A DNA stretch of 64,000 nucleotides. Source: Antedon mediterranea. Lineage: Eukaryota > Animalia > Echinodermata. Numbering within the stretch: the stretch's first letter is position 1; the number at the start of each line of letters is the position of its first letter. Location of the stretch: the NCBI RefSeq assembly GCF_964355755.1, contig NC_092680.1, forward strand, positions 14,207,045 through 14,271,044, written 5' to 3'. The notes beneath the pieces are model-generated. The model worked only from the letters and a program-made list of their open reading frames with translations, ran no database searches and was not told the origin of the DNA. Shown in pieces: positions 10,851 through 22,113 of this stretch. A program made the position numbers and the translations under genes.

Positions 10851-13800
10851 CGAGTGTTGACAAAGTGCGAGGCAGCGAGGCACGCGAGGCATGCCAAATA
10901 TTTGTGCGAGGCATCATTTTATCATTTCCAAAAGTGCGAGGCATGCGAGGCATATAGTTTACAATTTCAAAAAGGTGCGAGGCATATCTTAACGTGCTAG
11001 GCATATCTTAACGTGCTATTATGCTATATTATAGGCCTAATAATCAATCGATACAAGCGCATCTAAATAGATTCGTGTATACACTCATCATGTTGTTTAT
11101 TTTTATGTAACGATTGTTTTTTCATTCAAGTCATATCGTGTCAAATTTTACTTTTACAAAAGTGCCCAAACTACGGTTCAAAAATCTGAACGACAGTCTT
11201 CAACTTTCGATAAACAATAATTGTTATAGCGACACACTCATCAAATGACTGCAATGTTTGTTGGCATTTCGAGCGTGTTCACTCACATGTCTCTCGAACA
11301 TAGCAGAGTGAAAATAATATTTTGTCACACCCCTGCGCCTAGATCCGGTAGACCTGAGAGATGGAAAATTCCTCTTTACTATTTAGCAGGTAGCGGAATG
11401 ATTCAGCCCTCAGCTCAGAGGATTGTGGTGCATTCCCCTCCTATAGCACGTGGTTTCAGCAGCAACGCACAGACTTCTCTCTGAGCGGCGTGCCAAAGAC
11501 ATTTTTGACATTCCATTCTCTAGGAACAACACGTGTACCTCTCTCGCAAATAAGGTGAACAGCGATTGCCAGGACGCAATTTTTTTTTTCGTACATAAGT
11601 TGGGGACCCCTCATGAAACGTCACAAAATAAACATGAATAATTCATCAGTTAAATTTTCTTGTTCCGTGTGCACCCAAGCGTATAGCAACAAGAAGTGAT
11701 TACACAAGTGCGGTACGATTCTAGGCCTATCTCCGCTGTTGTTGCGGCGTGCGATTTCATAGAAGAATAGCGGCGTTTTGTGTGGATTGTCGAAATAATC
11801 AGCCTTTAGTTTATGGTGTTTTTAATATAATTTATTACTAAAGAATTACGTGTTAAAATTATAGTTTCTATTAATACTATGGCACAATACTATTAGGCCT
11901 AATTATTAGTCTCTAAACCCATGTCTATTCTAGTAGTAGCTGTGTGGGTGTGTGTGACGTGTGTGTGTTAGGTATGACCAAAGATAGTTACACTATCTTT
12001 GGTATGACACAATCCGAGTAATAAGTCAGCAAAATTAAACAATAAACATTACACAAAAATACATTTTTTATTCTCGTGGGTCAAATCTTCCCATCTCATG
12101 TGTTCATATACGCGCATTTTTAAAGTTCCTTTGAGTACATGCATATTGTTTAATAATAAAATAGCAGAATTAAAAAAATACAGTACACACATTATACACA
12201 TTCTTTATTCTTGTGGGTCTAAGCTTTCTTTGGGCTATGTCCAATGAATTACTACTTAGTTTAATGTCTTGCCTAGCTGTCGATTAACCTCGACTCGACA
12301 CATTTTGTGTGAAGAAGAGTGCGCGAAGGCAATCACGTGAATTGACTTAGAATCCTAGGCCTACTGTAGAAAGTATCGTATCGCAGTTGTGTAATCGCTT
12401 CTTGTTGCTATACGCTTGGGTGCACACGGAACAACAAATTTAACTGATGAATTATTCATGTTTATTTTGTGACGTTTCATGAGGGGTCCCCAACTTATGT
12501 ACGAAAAAAAAAATTGCTGCCAGGACAAGTTCAATAACTGGCGGTGAATAAAAGGTAACTGATATGGCGATCCAATAACATGCCGCAAAGAAAAAAATTG
12601 CCACAGAATTCTGGAGCGCGTGTGAAAAAAGACTTACGTCCGACAATTGTAATACTAGGCCTAAAATTAAACTTTAGCTAATATGCTTAGCCCTAACCTA
12701 GATAAGAGGCCTATGTAGAAAATAATTTAATCAATTTTGATATAATAATAATTGGTGTAATATTTAATAATGATACACTATTCCTGTTTTAGTAAGCTAG
12801 GTATATTACGAACGATTTTTATTTATTGTTGTCCATGTACGTACTAATAAACCTGGCGCTAGTTTCCTTCGCTTGTATTTTTACTCCAAATTTGATAACT
12901 AACTTTATCGTGTGAATATACCACACCTTAGAAGTATACCTCATGAGTACTTTAATGAAAGAATCACATAAAAAGTAACAAATAAATCCTTATTAATGAT
13001 TTTACAGGCGTGTTTCTCGCACACTGTTCGCGAATTTCACTTATTCAATGTTCAATATTTTTGTTTCTATGGAGCGCCAAAAGAGCAACGATAATAGAGG
13101 ACTAAAACTCAGTGGAATGCGTCAATTTCTCATGCATTTATTGGTGAAAAACACGTTTTATTTCAATATATTTGTTAATTTGTCAATAAAAATGCTGTAA
13201 TATGTTACTGCTGATACTGTTCTGTTTTCAAAGAATAATAATCGATCCTAAATCAACATCACTACCTAGTCTAGACCTAGGACATCCTACTAAGGATATT
13301 ATGATGAATTTTTCTATTTTATTCTTTAAAAGGTTGACGAAACCGTGTACATTATCAACAGTAACATTTTTCCTTACTGACAGTGACAAAATCTATTGAA
13401 ATTGTACTTGATTTTCACCAAATAATGCGTTAAATATAAATGGATTCCACATAGTTTTTAGCCCTCTAATTAATTTTGCTCTTTTGGCGTTCCATAGAAA
13501 CCAAAATATTGAACATTGAGTGTGCGAAATGCGAGAAAAACAACGTCTGTAAAATCACCAATTTAATGGATTTATTGTTACTTTTATGTGATTTTTCTTC
13601 ATTAAAGTACGCCTACTAATTCTAAGCTGTGGTATTCAGGATAAAGTTGGTTAAAATACAAGGCAGGTGCAAAAGGAAACTAGCCTAGCGGGCCTAGGCC
13701 TAGGCTACTTCAATTTCGGTGATTTCCAGCCTTGCAATTTTGAGAAATGATAAAAATAAAATGATGCCTCGCATTTTTTGATGATGGTAAAACGATGCCT

Positions 13801-13867
13801 CGCATAAATTTCTGACTTGCCTCGCACGCCTTCCCTGCCTCGCTGCCTCGCACTTTGTTACTACCCG
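10851..13867. mobile_element. TIR-bounded non-autonomous DNA element with TGCGAGGCA subterminal repeats
   Basis: Left CGAGTGTTGACAAAGTGCGAGGCAGCGAGGCA versus right TGCCTCGCTGCCTCGCACTTTGTTACTACCCG. Inner inverted repeat about 11579-11720 / 12375-12514. TSD not resolved. Confidence 0.6.
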
Positions 13868-15782
13868 CCCTACTCCATGGCTCACAATGGCACCATCCAT
13901 AGCTCTATTCTATCCCACAATGCCTTTCGAAATTGTTACGCGCTTCGGACGAACAGGAGATTCTTGTGTTACCAGTTCGGTGACTACTTCTTCGCATGCA
14001 GCTAAAGTAAAATGACGTCACGTTTAAGTGGGTCGTCACAGAGAGTCTCATGCATATTAATGAAGCAAACTTGCTGAGAGTTTTTTCACACACGCGACGC
14101 GAGATTTATCGAAAAATAATAATTGTTTTCACTGCTGAGGATAATAAATAATATACTTTAATTTTAACATGACAGGAGAGCCTAGATACTTCCAGTGCGA
14201 ATAAAAAATAATAATAATGTACAATATTAGTCACGTATTTTCAAATGCTGCAAGACATGAGACCCGAAATAACTAGGCCTCCTACTGTAGTGGCAGCGCA
14301 GTGCATACCTGAGAGCTAGGGTGGGTGGGAAGTTAGCTAGTATGCCGGGTTAGTGTACATCTGCACGATGCCACGCGGTAACGATGAAGGGGAGGATATG
14401 GATGGCCTGATAGTGGGCAGTGTATAGGCCTACTGTATTTTACTTTAGTTTAGGCCGCTAGTGAGTAGGTATCATAGAAAGTCTGTCTAGGCCTAGGCAT
14501 ATTAGCAATTTAACGACTGGATTGGAGACTAATAAAGGAGTTCTACAAGATGGCTGAACATTAACACATGGTCTGATTTCTTAGTGAAATACTTAGTGTA
14601 ATCATTCATTCCCAGAGCACAATATACAACTAAGCCAAATGGGTCGAATAAACAACTATATTTAATCTGCTTCTTTGTTATCAGGAACAATATCGGATTA
14701 TTTTCTGTACCACCGATCGCACCATAATTAATATCACTCTGAAAACATTTTGTAAAATCATGATGAGCGCACAAAACACAAGAAGCAGAGACAAAACATC
14801 CTTTTGCATATGCATGAGACTCTGTGACGATGTTCTAAGAAATCCAACCTCCCCATAATTCTCAACCCCCCTTGTGTCAATCAAATGACGTCATCGGTTA
14901 TTTATTAACATAAATCCGCCCATAATTTTCAACCCCCCTCTAGTCTTTATGTGTTAGTCCAGTAAAATATCACCTTCACCTGCATAACGTTAGTAGTCAA
15001 CGAGATTCTCACCTTAGGTTCTAAACATTATGTAAAGATCATTTATTGATGTTGCGTCGCGTAAAAGTTGGGATTTGTAGAGAAAATGAAGTTTGTATAC
15101 GCAGTTTTTGCTTCCTTTCGTCGTGGTTTGTTTTCATCGAAAAATGACGTCATGGGGCATAAGTGAATGACACGCCATTGTCGACATTTGCGTTCGTATT
15201 AAAAAGTGAATTTTAAATGTACGAATATGGTATTAATTATCTGTATTACATTGTATTATTATGTATCACATATATAACAAGTCATTTTGATAAAAAATAA
15301 GTCAAATAAATATGAAAAACAAAGGGAAATTGTGATTTTTGCATGTCATCTGAAGTGACCTTCCATACAATGTAATAGCGCCCTCTATAAGTATTGATAC
15401 ACTGGCACTTCACAAGCTTTTTGTTGTTATTATTCATTCATTCAGAAATACAATTTAAGGAAGGAATCGAATCAAGGGCATTATTACTTGTTTACTATTT
15501 ATGATGTTTTCCCCCAAAAAAATTACTAGTATGTACATTTTGCGAATTGTAGATGTACCGGCGGTATGAAATTAGAAAAAGCTGTTTACGCGGTCTGTAG
15601 CCTAACGATATAATAATAATTATATAATAATATAAAATAATTGTTATTTTTTTCTGATAAATCATTATGAATATGTTTACTTAGCGCTGCTTTAAGCACC
15701 CTATTAAAAAAGAAAAGAAACAAATTGAATTAAGCCTATCTTTTGTCACGTTTTCGGTAATTAATTGTCTTCTTCGCTCTCA

Positions 15783-17895
15783 CTATCTGATTCGTCACTG
15801 TTCTCATCATCCGAGTTAAAGGAGTCGTTCTCAGCAATCGCTCGTTCAATTCTGTTGGAAGAATCTCGCTTTTACACCACAAAGGCCCCATGCAAATCGT
15901 TATCGCCAACGCACCATCCGTTATTGTCTTGGGGTTTCGGCAACTCGTAAAATCGGTGTTAGTGCGAGCCTCCACAGATCCTGACTTGATAGTTCGATCA
16001 TCGTGCGTCGTATATGTTGATGCAAGCATCTACGCGACGGTGGAAAGTTAGCTAATTTTTAAATCAATGTTTTTTTAACACTGATTATTCCGGGTTTTTT
16101 TTCTTGCATTTCCTGCGAAAAAAGTCAAATCTAAGTTCATCGGTAGGCCTACTCCTTGCTTTCGAACGGAATCCATATAATAACAGGCACGTGAACTATT
16201 CCAGTTCCAACATTAACTCTTCTTCTCCTTTCCAACTTTCTCCTACTTTCTTGAAAACCTCTTCAAATTTTGGATATTTTTCGACAAGTTTAATGGCCTT
16301 GTGGAGCCGTGAAATGTGCAAAAAGTCACATTTGTGCAAACAGCCACATTTGTGTAAACATTTTACCTTTAAATGTGCAAACAACCACATTTGTGCAAAC
16401 ATTTTACCTTCAAATGTGCAAATCTGTAAAAATTCATTACCCGCAAATGTGCAAACATCTCGCCGTTAAATGTAAAAACGATCAGTTTTGACGTTAAATG
16501 TGCAAAAGGTAATCTACAAATGTGCAAAGCATTTCTTCAACCAAACTCCTATTCCATTTTATATTTTTGGTTCGTAGGTCTTTCAGAGTAGAAATAACAA
16601 TAGGAAAAAGAGTATAATAAATTTAAAATGTTCAATATCATAACTAATTATACTGTTGTATTTTATTATAATCAAAGGCTCTAAATCGCCTCGGCTAAAT
16701 TCAAGTCGGCCCCAAGTCAACTCGCCCTGAAGTCAACTCGGCCTCAAGTCAACTCGGCCTCACGTCAACTCGGCCAAAAACTAATCGGTCAACCATGGAG
16801 GGGTCAACTAACATTCACATTCATTATAATATTCATCCCTATAACATGCGTACTTCGTTTTTATTATTTTTCTTCTGTTCATTAGACTTATTTTGTCCCA
16901 TTCATTTGCACTTTTGCGTTTCATACTTTAAGGTGGCCTAGTTGACGTGAGGCCGAGTTGACTTCAGGGCGAGTTGACTTAGACGGGTTAAAGCCTTTGA
17001 TCATAATAAAATACAACAGTATAATTAGTTATTATGATATTGAGCATTTTAAATTTATTAGACTCTTTTTCCTATTGTTATTTCTACTCTGAAAGACCTA
17101 CGAACCAAAAATATAAAGTGTAATAGGAATTTGACTGAATAAATGATTTGCACATTTGTAGAATACCTTTTGCACATTTAACGTCAAAACTGACCGTTTT
17201 TACATTTAACGGCGTGATGTTTGCACATTTGCGGTTAATGAATGTTTACAGATTTGCACATTTGAAGGTAAAATGTTTGCACAAATGTGGTTGTTTGCAC
17301 AAATGTGACTTTTTGCACATTTCACGGCTCCACAGGCCTTTAATTTTCCTTTTCCCTTGAAAGCGCTGGTCGTGCCGCACTTTGTGAACGCATGCAGCCG
17401 GCCCTAGAATGGCATTACATCGACTTGGGGTGATTTCAGTGGCTAAACTGGTGAGATTGGTTATTCGTCGATTCCTGCCACTGCCTGTATCGAATAGGAC
17501 TTTTGCAATAATGGACGAAACAAAATGTAACAACATAAAAAAAAACATCGCTGTCTTATATGGATCCCGATCGAAAGCAACGGGTACCGATGAACTTAGA
17601 TTTTACTTTCTTCGCAGGAAATGCAAGGAAAAAGACGGATAATCAGTGTTAAAAAACATTGATTTAGCTAACTTTCCACCGTCGCGTAGATGCTTGCATA
17701 AAACATATACGACGCACACGATCGAACTATCAAGTCATGATCTGGAAGCTCGCACTAACGCCGATTTACGAGTTGCCGAAACCCCAAGACAATAACGGAT
17801 GGTGCGTTGGCGATAACGATTTGCTGGGGCCTTTGGTGTGAAAGGGAGATTCTTCCAACAGAATCGGATGATGAGAACAGTGACGAATCAGATAG
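15783..17895 (-). mobile_element. Academ-like DNA transposon remnant with about 330-bp inverted arms and an XPG-like nuclease fragment
   Basis: Arms about 15783-16145 / 17585-17895. The minus-strand interior reads KVLFDTGSGRNRRI...CNAILG-LHAFTKCGTTSAFKGKGK-KAIKLVEKYPKFEEVFKKVGESW...LE*FTCLLYG across the inserted MITE, with a frameshift. Confidence 0.65.
16300..17334. mobile_element. Ginger-like MITE (TGT...ACA termini, 5-bp TSD GGCCT)
   Basis: TGTGGAGCCGTGAAATGTGC... / ...GCACATTTCACGGCTCCACA with long inverted arms. TSD at 16295-16299 and 17335-17339. Central sub-element with AAGTCAACTCGGCC repeats at about 16690-16985. Confidence 0.75.
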
Positions 17896-18040
17896 ATTCG
17901 ATAGATATTATTAACATAATAAACCTAAATTTCGTCACAGGGGGTTGAACATTTCGTTTCGTTTATTTTAAACAATTCTCTACGCATACATAAAAATACA
18001 AGATGTTACATATTAAAATGCATGTGCAGAAGTGAGCCTA

Positions 18041-18802
18041 AATTCAAATTCAAATATTCTTTATTCATCCTCAATCATGAAAATATACAACAACAAAATA
18101 TGAGAACATAAAAAAGATGAAAAGGAAACACATAAAAACTCAAAAGAGCTTGATTAGTTGTGTCCCCCTAAGTCCCTAAAAACTAGCCTAAAAAACTAAA
18201 ACATAAATAATAAAAAAAGCTAAATCCTGCAACAAGTATAATTTTTAAAATTATTTGTAATATGATAATAAATGTTCTTTAAACAATGATTTAAATATAT
18301 ATATTGAGTTGGTACTTTGTAGTTCGTAATTCAAGTCATTCCACAATTTGGGTCCCACACATGACACAGTAAAACTAGTAGAAGTACGATTACGTTTTCT
18401 GAGTCTCATTTTGTCTTTAGATCTTGTATTATAATTATGGTAAGAACCATTTTTAATAAAGAGCGATGAAAAACGCACGTCCTGATTAGTAGTAACATTA
18501 TACATGAAAAGCCCAATTTGGTACTTATTGATATCCGCAATTTTAAGAAGTTTAAATTTATAGAAACATTCAGTCATTGAATCATTAAACTTTGACCATG
18601 TTATAGCTCGTAATGCCCTTTTCTGGAGTTTAAATAACTCATCTAAATAACTTGGAAATGTGCTACACCATATTATGTTGCAATAATTTAATACTGGTTC
18701 AATGAGTGATTTGTATATTGTCCAGAGAGCATAGGTTGGTAAAAAATGTCTTACTTTATATAGTATGCCTACATATCGAGATATTTTCCTAGCTGTAACA
18801 TT
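18041..18802 (-). mobile_element. 5'-truncated LINE (CR1/L2 group) 3' fragment
   Basis: The C-terminal ORF2 motifs (YKSLIEPVLNYCNIIW, LQKRALRAI, HNYNTR, GPKLWNDL) are followed by a 3' UTR and a short (ATTTGA) tail. Empty sites gccta/gataag occur at about 24285 and about 25395. Confidence 0.85.
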
Positions 18803-19439
18803 GATAAGTTTTTTTTTTAACAAACATTTTAGATTGTGTAATGTGATGTAGTTTAAAATTTTCAATATTATAAAATTTAACAACTGTATACTGACAGTAC
18901 TGGTGACCTGCAATATTACTAGCTGATTGACCAGTTGTTTATTTAAAAGAAAAAAAATATTTTCAAAAGAATGAAGTCTACCAAACCCTCGACCTTTAAC
19001 ATCATAAAACAATTTAAGAATGACAGATTTTGGATTAGATATTTTAGCCATTAATCAACCTTAAGAAGTAGGCCTATCTGGTTATATGCTGTGGAAAGAA
19101 CCCCCACCCAATTTCTGTGATAATCGCATTTAAAACAATTTTTTTTTGTATTGATAATTGACATAGTGTTGAGAACTGATCGATTATGAAAAAATAATGA
19201 TGAATATCGATTCAGAACTTCTTTAAACAAAGGGGGGTCATTCCTTCACAGCCCTTACCAAAGGAGAATGCTTAAATAGCCTTCGCTAACCATTCACTAG
19301 GCATTCGAATGCTAATTTACAGGTAATTTTTAGAATTTAGGCATTCATGGTTTAAAACCACTTAATCGGAATGCTAAGAAAAGTTTCCAAGCATTCTTTA
19401 GGAATGCTTACAAGAGTCAATAAGCATTCAGAAGCTATC

Positions 19440-19755
19440 CCGAATGGTAGTGTGAATGCTAAGTTCATTGGTAGCATTCAGGGAGATATTTTGAATGGTA
19501 GTGTGAATGCTAAGATCATTGGTAGCATTCAGGAAGAGATTTTGAATGGTAGTGTGAATGCCAAGATCATTGGTAGCATTCAGGGAGATATTCTGAATGG
19601 TATTGTGAATGCTAAGAACATTGGTAGCATTCAGGGAGATATTTTGAATGGTAGTGTGAATGCTAAGAACATTGGTAGCATTCAGGGAGATATGTTGAAT
19701 GGTAGTGTGAATGCTAAGATCATTGGTAGCATTCAGGAAGAGATTTTGAATGGTA
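19440..19755 (+). repeat. 57-bp tandem repeat, about 5.5 copies
   Basis: GAATGGTAGTGTGAATGCTAAGATCATTGGTAGCATTCAGGGAGATATTTT-like unit. It produces the repetitive ORFs 19371-19772 and 19428-19784. Confidence 0.9.
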
Positions 19756-20540
19756 AACAGGGAAATAATTGAATGCTCAACCAATCAGATCAATCCTCAC
19801 CAACTGCCAAAAAAACAACCACCAATTCAAATTCAAGAGACCAAATGGCTAGAGAAAGGCTGAGTTGAGTGAGTGAGGATGCCTACAGTAGACTGCAGCC
19901 TTCCTTCTTTTTACAGCTTACCTGCTGGCAAACCTGACACAGATTTTGCTGATATAAAAGGTATTGTAGCTAGTTGCTATACTTGTTCTTTTATCATTCT
20001 GTATTTGGCTACTAACTAGCTAGGCCTAATAATAATAGGAGGATCAGTATAGCCACACACAGCCTACTAAGTTGAGTTCAGCAGAGAGGGACCAGGGCTA
20101 GGCTACAGTAGATAGTGAGTGGTTTGGGATTCAGTGGTGGTAGTCCTATCAAAAGTCGAATCCCCTAAGTCACTCCCTGGTTATATTGTGTAGCTGGCCT
20201 AGGCTAGTTATAGTATACTCTAGAACCACATTGTATCACTTATCAAAAAGAAGGGCTAACTAAACTATAAAAGCAATTTTAAATAAAAGCAGTTTTCACT
20301 CCATCGTTTATTTTATTATAAGACAATGGGATGATGGAGGCATTTTTATGCCATGGCAGATTATTTCCTTAATTCCAACATTTGAAATGAATAAAAACAG
20401 TAACACAACATGTATTTATTTTAAAAAGGGTAAATATTAAATAAAATCCTTTTTATTAAACCTGAATGATACTAATATAATAGTCCTTCTACAGACTAGA
20501 GAATATAGTGCATAATTCAGTTTTATCTGCTATATACTGA

Positions 20541-20939
20541 CTGTTCATAAAGGAACATAGAAAACAAAATAAAGAGTCCAACAGGAGTGCATTGGACAAA
20601 TCATCTGTTGATGCCATTAGAGGTATTTAACTATAAATTTTAAACCTATTTTAACATGTTCATGTCTTATAAACATGCCTTCAATGATCAATTAAATATG
20701 AGGGAAAATTGAATCCCACCATTTCTCTTTGTTTTAATTGCTTAATCATTCTTTTTATCTTTAATTTCTTTTCACAGGGTGTCGGTTTTTTATTTCATTA
20801 ACATATTTCAATATTTTTTTTTGCAGAGTATATCAAGGTCGTGGCAGTAAAAAATGATTGGACTCGTGTTAGCCTGGTAGAATTTAACAAGAAGTTTGTG
20901 TCTAAATGCACCAATGCACGCAGGAGTCTATATAAATAG
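20541..20939 (+). pseudogene. Spliced BEN-domain-like C-terminal remnant inside the CACTA-like element
   Basis: Exons about 20541-20622 and 20827-20939 joined by a GT-AG intron give LFIKEHRKQNKESNRSALDKSSVDAIREYIKVVAVKNDWTRVSLVEFNKKFVSKCTNARRSLYK*. There is an in-frame stop just upstream. Confidence 0.5.
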
Positions 20940-22113
20940 ATAAATATTTTATATATAATTTTTATTTTCATTTATCATATCTTTATATTCTCAATTTTGT
21001 CCAAGTATTCTCACTTCCACAGATAAAGTGCTAGTGTTGCCAATAGCTCTGCTAATTGATAATTTTTTAGCTTTTTGCTTACTTTAGTTTGTATCTCCAT
21101 TGAGATCCACAGCATTGTCATTTTTTTCAGTAATTTGCCTTTTATATATAGTGTATATATATATTTCTTTGAAGATGCCTCCATAAGGAAATTCATGGTG
21201 TCAATTGAAGTTTTAAATTAAATATTTTAAAGTAGTTAATTTTGATAATTGTTCATTTGTATATGGCCTTTTTGTCATATACAGTATAAGTATTACACTC
21301 TCTTGCTGTTTATACGTTTGATAGCTTTTTGATACTTTATTTCTGTTTGGGAATGTTAAATATCGAGTATCGACGAAAATATATTAATTAAATTTGATTT
21401 TTTAATAATTAAAGTAAAGACATCTTTTATTTTAATGTCTCTTATTGTATATTTGAAGAATGTTTTCGCTTTTCATTTTAGATTCTTCATAAAAAAAGTG
21501 AGAAATCTGGATCACAACATTTCCCACTGTAGAATTTGAATGCTTTAGCATTCAATTCGCTCACTAGCATTCACAGTGTAACAGTGTACCAATATTTGAA
21601 TGTGTAGTTTTGAATGCTAGACCACGCCCACTAAAAAAGCTCAATAGCACATTCATCTACTAGCATTCGAATGCTAGGCTAGCATTCGAATGCTAGCCTA
21701 GCATTCCCCTACTAGCATTCGAATGCTAGGCTAAGCCTTCCAGATTTAGCATTCGAATGCTAGTATAGCATTCAACTAGTAGCATTCGAATGCTACTTTT
21801 AGCATTCGAATGCTAGTGCTACCATTCATGCTTAGCTCATTTACATAATTCGGCTCCCTGGAAGGCTTAGCGAAGGCTTAGTGAATGCTAAGAAGCATTC
21901 GAAGGAAGGCTTAGCGAAGGCTTAGTGAAGGCTTAGCGAAGGCTTAGTGAATGCTAAGAAGCATTCGAATGCTAAATTCAGTCATTGAATGCTTATATAC
22001 CACTAGTATTCGAATGCTAAGTATTAGCCCTTCGAATGCCAATAATAGCATTCCAGGAGTAGCATTCGAATGCTTTGTGAATGGTAAGCGAAGGCATTCA
22101 GCTTTGGTAAGGG

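Larger units (their letters stand above)
19252..22113. mobile_element. CACTA/EnSpm-like non-autonomous element (CCC...GGG termini, 2-bp TSD AG)
   Basis: CCCTTACCAAAG / CTTTGGTAAGGG TIRs, inserted in a satellite monomer (cacAG|element|AGggggtt). Subterminal TAGCATTCGAATGCTA palindromic repeats. Confidence 0.8.

Noticed and set aside
16104-17548. Cys/His-rich ORFs resembling zinc fingers
   Set aside because: They are translations of AAATGTGCAAA repeats in the MITE arms.
18803-19051. N-terminal part of the 266-aa ORF
   Set aside because: It is flanking repeat sequence that happens to be in frame with the LINE fragment. The same sequence occurs without the LINE at about 24290 and about 25400.
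19371-19784. 133-aa and 118-aa repetitive ORFs
   Set aside because: They are by-products of a 57-bp tandem repeat in a transposon subterminus and are open on both strands.
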